NCBI GenBank assembly: GCA_036012755.1
Contig: DASCPX010000063.1
Coordinates: 1-64,000, forward strand
Length of the DNA stretch: 64,000 nucleotides
Direction of reading: 5' to 3'
Source of the DNA: Myxococcota bacterium
GTDB taxonomy: Bacteria > Myxococcota_A > UBA796 > CAJQPC01
Part shown: one piece after another, positions 61,252 to 64,000 of the stretch
Position numbering within the stretch: the first letter of the stretch is position 1
Layout: each line of letters begins with the position of its first letter
Position numbers and translations under genes: made by a program
Notes under the pieces: model-generated
The model's input: only the letters and a program-made list of their open reading frames with translations
Databases searched by the model: none
Told to the model about the DNA's origin: nothing

Positions 61252-64000
61252 ATGTTCTACCTGCTCGTCGTCCTCGCCTGTCGCAACAAGGACCCGGTCA
61301 CCGACTCCGGCATCGTCACCGATGACAGCTCCTGCGCGCCAGGCACCTGGTACGCGGACGGGGACGGGGACGGCTACGGCGACGCGAACAACCCGGTGGA
61401 GGCCTGCGAGCAGCCCCCGGACACCTCCGACGTCACCGGCGACTGCAACGACGACGAGCCTCTCGCCTACGACGGGGCCGTGGACGTCTGCGACGACGTC
61501 GACAACGACTGCGACGGGATCACCGACGAGGACCCCGATACCGAGTGGTACCCGGACAAGGACCACGACGGCTACGGCACGACCGACGGCGAGCGAGCGG
61601 TCTCCTGCGATCAGCCCGCTGGCTACTCGGACCAGATCGGTGACTGCGACGACTCCGAGGCGGACGTCTACCCGGACGCGCCCGAGTACTGCGACGAGCT
61701 CGACAACGACTGTGATGGTGACATCGACGAAGACGACACCTTCACCTTCTACGAGGACGCTGACGGCGACGGCTTCGGCGTGCCGGACTCCACCGTCACC
61801 GACTGCGCCCCCCCCAGCGGCTACTCGGACGTCGACACCGACTGCGACGACGCGGACCCGGCGATCAACCCCGACGCGGAAGAGGTCTGCAACGAGCTCG
61901 ACGACGACTGCGACGACGACATCGACGAGGACGTCACGACCACCTTCTACGCGGACAGCGACGCCGACGGCTACGGCGACGCGGACACCACCGTCGAGGC
62001 CTGCTCCGCCCCCTCCGGCTACTCGGATCTCGACACCGACTGTGACGACGCAGAGGCCACGACGAACCCCGGCGCGACCGAGTACTGCGACACCGCCGAC
62101 AACGACTGCGACGGCGACATCGACGAGGACGACGCGAGCGACGCGACCACCTGGTACACCGACGGCGACTCCGATGGCTATGGCGACGCCGTCGACAGCA
62201 CCAGCTGTGACCAGCCCAGCGGAACGGCCGATGTGGACGGCGACTGCGACGACACCGACTCGGGCGTGAACCCCGGTGAGAGCGAGGTCTGCGAGAACGA
62301 GACCGACGACGACTGTGACGGCGACATCGACGAGAACTGCACCGTCGAGCACTGCGGCACGATCTCCGCCGACGAGACCTGGGACGCGACCCTTCTGCAC
62401 GAGGTCACCTGCGATGTCTACGTGCAGGGGAGCAGCCGCCCGGTGCTCACCATCGAGGACGGCGCGGAGGTCTACTTCGACAGCGGCGCGGACCTCTACG
62501 TCGCGACCGGCAGCTATGGATCCATCGAGGTCGAAGGGACGAGCACAGGCGTCCTGATGAGCTCCGGCGCGTCCAGCCCCGCGGCTGGCGACTGGGGTGG
62601 CCTGTACATCGGCTACTACGACGACGGCAGCGTCATCGAGGGGCTCGACCTCGAGTACGGCGGCGCCAACGGGCAGGGCGGCCTCTTCCTCTACTACTCC
62701 GACGTGAGCGTCAGCGACTCCAGCTTCACCGACAACGAGAACCACGGTGTGAGTGTCTACTGGGGCACACTGGAGATGACCGGCACGACCGTCCAGGACA
62801 ACGAGGACGACGGCGTCAGCCTCCACTACTCGGCGCTGGAGACCTCTGGCGGACCGACCTTCACCAACAACACCATCACCGGCAACGGGGGCTACCCGAT
62901 GTCCGTCGACGCCGACTACCTCGGTCAGCTCGACTCCAGCAGCAGCTTCAGCGGCAACGGTGACGAGTACATCCTCGTCGGCTCCGACTACGTCACCGAC
63001 GACGCCACCTGGCAGCTCCTCGACGTGCCCTTCCAGGTCGCGGGAGACATCTACGTCCAGGGGACCGGGCGGCCCGAGGTCGAGGTCGACGACGGCACCG
63101 AGTTCTACTTCGAGAACAACGCCGGACTCTCGGTCGGCAGCGGCGCCTACGGCAGCCTCATCGTCGACGGGAGCTCCACGGGCGTGCTCTTCTCCAGCAC
63201 CGAGTCGAGCCCATCCGGCGGTGACTGGGACGGTGTGTACATCGGCTACTACGACCAGGGCAGCGAGCTCACCGGGCTCGAGATCGAGTATGGCGGCGAC
63301 AACGGCTATGGCTGTCTGTACGCCTACTACGTCGACCTCGTCGTCACCGACAGCAGCTTCCACGACTGCGACGGAGCCGGCGGCTACGCCTACGCCGGGG
63401 AGTGGGAGGTCACCGGGTCCAGCTTCGAGGACAACGAGACCGACGGGCTCTACCTCGACTCCGCGGGCCTCGGGAGCACCTTCTCCAACAACACGATGAC
63501 AGGGAACGGCGACTTCCCGCTGTCGGTCCTGGGCGACTACCTCGGCGAGATCGACTCCACCAACAGCTTCAGCGGCAACGGCGAGGACTACATCGAGGTC
63601 ATCAGCGACTACATCACGAGCGACGCCACGTGGTCCGCGCACGACGTGCCCTACTACGTCGCTGGCACGCTCTACATCCAGGGCAGCGGGCGGCCGGAGA
63701 TCGAGATCGAGGACGGCGCCGAGCTCTACTTCACCAGCGGCTCCGCCTTGTACGTGGGCTGGGGAGGAGCGGGCCTGCTGACCATCGACGGCAGCTCCAC
63801 CGGGGTCCTGATGAGCTCCGCCAAGAGCAGCCCGGCAGCGGGTGACTGGGGTGGCCTGCTCGTGGGCTACTACACGACCGACACTGCCGAGCTCACGGGC
63901 CTGACCGTGGAGTACGGCGGAGACAACGGCAATGCTGGTCTCTACCTCTACTACTCGGACGCCGAGCTCTCGGACTGCGACATCTCCGACAACGACAACG
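61252..64000 (+). CDS. Large surface lipoprotein: five Asp/Cys metal-binding (MopE-related) repeats plus repeated beta-helix modules; 3'-truncated by the window edge
   Basis: GGAGG SD and MFYLLVVLAC. Five (W/F)YxDxDxDG(Y/F)G...DCDD...C...DxDCD repeats (about 61350-62340), then three ~210-aa repeats containing QG.GRP...GDW.G..IGYY...EYGG. No stop before 64000, so it is missing from the ORF track. Confidence 0.88.
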   Translation, partial: MFYLLVVLACRNKDPVTDSGIVTDDSSCAPGTWYADGDGDGYGDANNPVEACEQPPDTSDVTGDCNDDEPLAYDGAVDVCDDVDNDCDGITDEDPDTEWYPDKDHDGYGTTDGERAVSCDQPAGYSDQIGDCDDSEADVYPDAPEYCDELDNDCDGDIDEDDTFTFYEDADGDGFGVPDSTVTDCAPPSGYSDVDTDCDDADPAINPDAEEVCNELDDDCDDDIDEDVTTTFYADSDADGYGDADTTVEACSAPSGYSDLDTDCDDAEATTNPGATEYCDTADNDCDGDIDEDDASDATTWYTDGDSDGYGDAVDSTSCDQPSGTADVDGDCDDTDSGVNPGESEVCENETDDDCDGDIDENCTVEHCGTISADETWDATLLHEVTCDVYVQGSSRPVLTIEDGAEVYFDSGADLYVATGSYGSIEVEGTSTGVLMSSGASSPAAGDWGGLYIGYYDDGSVIEGLDLEYGGANGQGGLFLYYSDVSVSDSSFTDNENHGVSVYWGTLEMTGTTVQDNEDDGVSLHYSALETSGGPTFTNNTITGNGGYPMSVDADYLGQLDSSSSFSGNGDEYILVGSDYVTDDATWQLLDVPFQVAGDIYVQGTGRPEVEVDDGTEFYFENNAGLSVGSGAYGSLIVDGSSTGVLFSSTESSPSGGDWDGVYIGYYDQGSELTGLEIEYGGDNGYGCLYAYYVDLVVTDSSFHDCDGAGGYAYAGEWEVTGSSFEDNETDGLYLDSAGLGSTFSNNTMTGNGDFPLSVLGDYLGEIDSTNSFSGNGEDYIEVISDYITSDATWSAHDVPYYVAGTLYIQGSGRPEIEIEDGAELYFTSGSALYVGWGGAGLLTIDGSSTGVLMSSAKSSPAAGDWGGLLVGYYTTDTAELTGLTVEYGGDNGNAGLYLYYSDAELSDCDISDNDN

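Noticed and set aside
61350..62340. Periodic DNA repeats as a non-coding array
   Set aside because: They are in-frame, degenerate protein repeats within a CDS.
60943..63642. 899-aa minus-strand ORF, and similar long antisense or alternate-frame ORFs (e.g. 53675-56377+, 54147-57470-, 15784-18018-, 8611-10335-, 36036-37955-)
   Set aside because: Shadow ORFs of real genes, caused by high GC and strong codon bias. They have V/A/R/G-rich composition and no motifs.

Overview
A GC-rich, gene-dense bacterial chromosome segment. It is most likely from a marine Myxococcota-type (deltaproteobacterial) organism, inferred from MYXO-CTERM-like tails, many Asp/Cys-rich 'DxDxDGYG...DCDD...CDxxDNDCDG' surface repeats, myxobacterial-type outer-membrane barrels and a complete Na+-NQR operon. 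Housekeeping and metabolic genes recognised: ettA, a TetR / beta-keto-acid cleavage enzyme / acyl-CoA carboxylase unit with a palindromic operator, rnhA, an archaeal/eukaryotic-type rnhB, nqrABCDEF-apbE-nqrM, a Cys/Met PLP lyase and a double-length uvrA. The most unusual observations are: (1) a GT4 glycosyltransferase fused to a radical SAM/SPASM-Twitch enzyme, in a coupled operon with a redoxin lipoprotein and an NAD(P)-dependent reductase; (2) a window-wide set of ultra-short, uncharged lipoprotein signal peptides (Cys at residue 7-10), alongside apparently leaderless promoters; (3) a five-gene surface lipoprotein operon that includes a VWA domain carrying a circularly permuted lamin-tail domain; (4) a small degraded islet with an IS481 fragment, two HTH-like ORFs and a four-helix-bundle remnant next to (CGTCAT)n arrays; (5) an RTX gene frameshifted by a (GGTTGCT)3 repeat; (6) an Nta1-like amidase. 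I saw no rRNA, tRNA or CRISPR array. All family assignments come from motif recognition by eye; no database searches were run.
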